64,000 nt of DNA from Blasia pusilla (Eukaryota). The notes beneath the pieces were generated by a model. The model was not told the DNA's origin. It did not search any database and was given only the letters and a program-made list of their open reading frames with translations. Below are positions 60,720 to 64,000 of this stretch, piece by piece (position 1 is the stretch's first letter; each line of letters opens with the position of its first letter). The DNA is taken from positions 24,180,001-24,244,000 of the forward strand of contig CM114271.1 of the NCBI GenBank assembly GCA_050084515.1. The letters are read 5' to 3'. The position numbers and the translations under genes were made by a program.

Positions 60720-62899
60720 CTTAACCTAGCTTGATTCCTCCAACCCTAGAGAATTTTCAGACGATTATAATATCCAGATTTCCTTCCCCTGCCGCATCAA
60801 TCCAATCTCGTCCATATCAGCGCAGCATCTCGGCCGGCCGGCAGGAACCACACCAAAACGAGGAAATTCCTGAAGAAAAATGCAGAGAACGAAACTCTGG
60901 CTTCAGCGTATTACCTCCTGCTGCGCGCATCTCCCTACGAGCAGTCATGATCGCTCACCTGCACCATATCACAGCAGCCCGCGCCCAAGCATTCAGTCGA
61001 CAATTCAAATCAAATTGAACCCTCCGCGAAGAAGAATTGCCTCTCCCTTAAGTTTCCGAAAGCCTTTCGGTCTCGAAGGAATTCGAATTCCGCTCACGCT
61101 CCTTTCGCACACAGCCTTTCTCCTGTCCGTCCTTGCGAGCGCATGATTGTTGTGTCCCGGCGTGCGGAAGGGCATCAAATTCTTCTCACACTGGCGCCCC
61201 GCTGGATGGGTCGATCCCGCTGTCGGCTCAACATTCGACGACTCTCCGGAGTAGCGATGCGCGTCGCATGACACGACAGGAGGGAGAGAGTTGGCCACTT
61301 GGAGCGAGCGGGTTTCACATGACAAGGACGGGGCGGTAGAAGGGCGACGGTTGATGCATCGGCGGAGTTCGTTGTGAGCGGCCACGTGTTTCTTCTCGAC
61401 GCCTTGCGCCGTTGCTGACGCGCGATATGGCACTGCAGTTCAGTTCAGTTCAGTTCGGCTCCGCACCCTGGCCTACCGCGGATCCCCAGCTGGCACCCGT
61501 CTCCGGACTCACCACCGACTAGCTAGCTATGAAACGTCGCAGTAGCGGCTCTGCTCCAACTTTTTAGGGCCGGGTCCCATGGGCGGCTTCCTGGCGTCGC
61601 TTGCGACGCCAGGAAGCCGCCTTCCGTCTGGAACGGCTAGCCGGCGGCGGCTTCCCAGCCGGTTCCTTCCGGTACAAGGGGCGGAACGGACGGGTTTTCT
61701 CGGATTTTTACAGCACGGGTGCGGAAGGGCGAAAATGGATGAAAATCTTTTCTTTTTTTTGGGCGCAAGGAAACTATGTGAGAAAATCAAGGACTCCCTT
61801 CACAAATCTCCGATCATTTCAAAAACTTATCGACCGTCGGATGCAAATCCTCTTTCGCAATTGCCCCACAGGACCCGGCCCTTAGCAGCGCCGCCCGCCT
61901 TGTTGCGACCTAATCAACGAGCTTTGCCTCTCCATTTTTCTTATTTACTTATTTATTCTCTCTCTCTCTTTGAACGGCGTGGTCGTGTGATTTTTTGCAA
62001 GATACTCCAGTCCATCAAGAGTTTTTGACTATTTTTTGATTTACTAATATTATGTCGACCTATGTGGAGATGAGTGATCCGCATGGACAATTCGTGCCAA
62101 CGTGATAGAGGTGGTGATACCAACCTGATGCCCACTCGTAGTCTACATTTGCACGCGGGAGGGTCAACTTGATATTTTAGGAGGTTTTGTCGACCATATA
62201 GAGGAATGATGACGGGCATGTCAATATTACCCATTTAGGTCTTATTCCTGCATTTGGCTCTTGTCATTAAGGATGTTGGGTATCGCGAACAACTTTTGTT
62301 AGATGGGTGTAGCTAGGACATCGAGTGTAGAATCCTTTTGCGTATAACATGTTTGTGGGTATAGGGCGATTATTTGAGTAGGGATCTTGTGTATGAACCG
62401 ACATGATTGTTTAGGTGAGTTAGGATGTGAGGCTCAAGGTGAGCCCGAGTGTCTGAGTGCGTGAGGCGAGGTTGTTGTTGATTCGTCATGGGATTATTAT
62501 TAGTATAGATGAGTTGGTGATGAATGTAGGAGACTCATGATGAGTCTAAAGTGCTTGAGTTTGTTAGAAAGGTTTGTCATCACAACATTCTTCCAAGGTT
62601 CATAAGAATGAGGTAGCTTGAGTAGTAGGGGAGGAATTATGCATAGTGGAGTGAGGTATAGAGCATTTTTAAATGAGGAACCATCCATGCTTCCATTTGT
62701 GGCTAGATTTTCATCCCGAGACATTAATTCGAATGATAAGATCGTATACAAAGATAATGTAGTGTGGAGAGACATGGACTACATAAGCCATAGAGACATG
62801 TGAGATTTCTCAAGTGCAATAGGCACCATCAACTTCCATGATTTCAGCCATGATTTTGACACATGGTGTGATTTCCGTAAGATATAAGTCTTGACGTCG

Positions 62900-64000
62900 T
62901 TTAGGCCATTTATAGCGTAAAAGGGTTTGTTCCAATATTTGGAGGGACTTGTTATGGATGACAATTGTGAGTTTAGATCTTTACACATTGTAGAGATTAA
63001 CACATGGAGAGGATATTGGGTTCTAGGGTTTGTCTCCTCTAGTGGTTGTGAGGCAATGAGGCGTATGATGAGTTAGTAAGAGCGCTGCTACCCACACCAT
63101 CAAACCAAGGACTAGATGGAGATGATGTTACAGATGATACTGAAGTGGCAAAGACCACTAGTAGTAGAAGGCCACCTAGTTTCAATGGGACTGTGGAGTT
63201 TTTCTCAAAGTTGGGGAGGAACTACTATGATTTGCAGATCGATTAGTTGAGGATTTTTAGCGGAGATTGGGTGAGAGATTATTGGAAACATTCACTCTTA
63301 TGAAATGGCCGATCATTGCTACTCATGGAATGATAGAGGCACAAGAAATTTATTATTGGTACGAGATTTTGGATTGAGAGTTACAGAGGAGAGTTTGGGA
63401 TGTGATATTGTTGCAGACCATGAAGCCTACATTGAATGTGGTCTTTGAGTTATGACAATGGACTGAGCTACACATAAATGAGGAGGATGAGGATGAAGTT
63501 GTGATCAGAAGATTCCCATTAAGTCTGACAAATCCATAAATGCCAATAGCCTCACAAGTGCCCTACTGTGCATAAGTACCACAAGAGAGAGTTGGTGTGC
63601 CGAGACAATAGATTCGGTATCATGAGCCCAGGTCCCATGAGGCAATGCCATATAAAGACATATATTGGCCATGTTTTATCTATTGGACAAAGGGTGGATC
63701 TCACAGACACAAGGACTGTAGATAGCATGTTGGAGTGGAAAGACGGCCTCAAATTGCTCATGAGCCACCTCAAATGGCATCACCACAGTGCGATCATTAT
63801 TATAGGTATGGTTATACAAAAGATAAATGTTTTGCGCCTCAATATGAGATATGCCTAGAGGTAGTCCAAGGGCCAAGGGGAGGTAGAGTTGATGAAGGTA
63901 GAGGAGGTTTTGCTCCTTGATGATGAAGCTCCACCAAGTGCCAGAGGGGAATGGGGATGTTGTGTGGACTTGGTGTATACATATGAGTATCTTTTTATGT
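62900..64000 (+). mobile_element. Highly degenerate gag-like remnant related to 49590-51113
   Basis: gatttttagcggagattgggtgagaga (about 63250) resembles gacttccagaggcgcctgggtgagag (49721); decayed knuckle CDHYYRYGYTKDKC (about 63790). Confidence 0.45.

Noticed and set aside
61005-62028. GC-rich ORFs of 142 and 149 aa
   Set aside because: Low-complexity translations without motifs; more likely the promoter or 5' UTR region of the TPR gene

Overview
Eukaryotic (non-seed land plant-like, probably bryophyte; inferred) genomic window. The left 38 kb is a nested transposon stack. The host is a decayed Mutator-like (MULE) DNA transposon. It has a GCM-type zinc domain plus DDE transposase gene and, upstream on the same strand, a spliced gene whose C-terminal half resembles a prokaryotic-type beta-class N4-cytosine/N6-adenine DNA methyltransferase. 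The introns and intergenic DNA of this unit carry dozens of copies of a 29-bp palindrome (TGCAACCCGTCGGAnTCCGACGGGTTGCA), plus two hairpins that share a conserved loop. The transposase is split in frame by a 24.3-kb Athila-like Ty3/gypsy element (A, minus strand, TSD CTCCC). A contains a second full-length copy of the same family in the opposite orientation (B), and B contains a solo LTR of that family (C). An unrelated solo LTR (D, 4-bp TSD) sits in A's 3' extra ORF. A 3'-truncated chromovirus-type gypsy (E) follows, then about 14 kb of old retroelement debris. The right end holds two convergent host genes: an intronless organelle-targeted HemW/RSAD1-like radical SAM gene and a multi-exon TPR-repeat gene. 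The best candidate for an unusual system is the methyltransferase + GCM-MULE transposase + palindrome-array unit. All protein assignments rest on motif recognition by eye, and novelty could not be checked.
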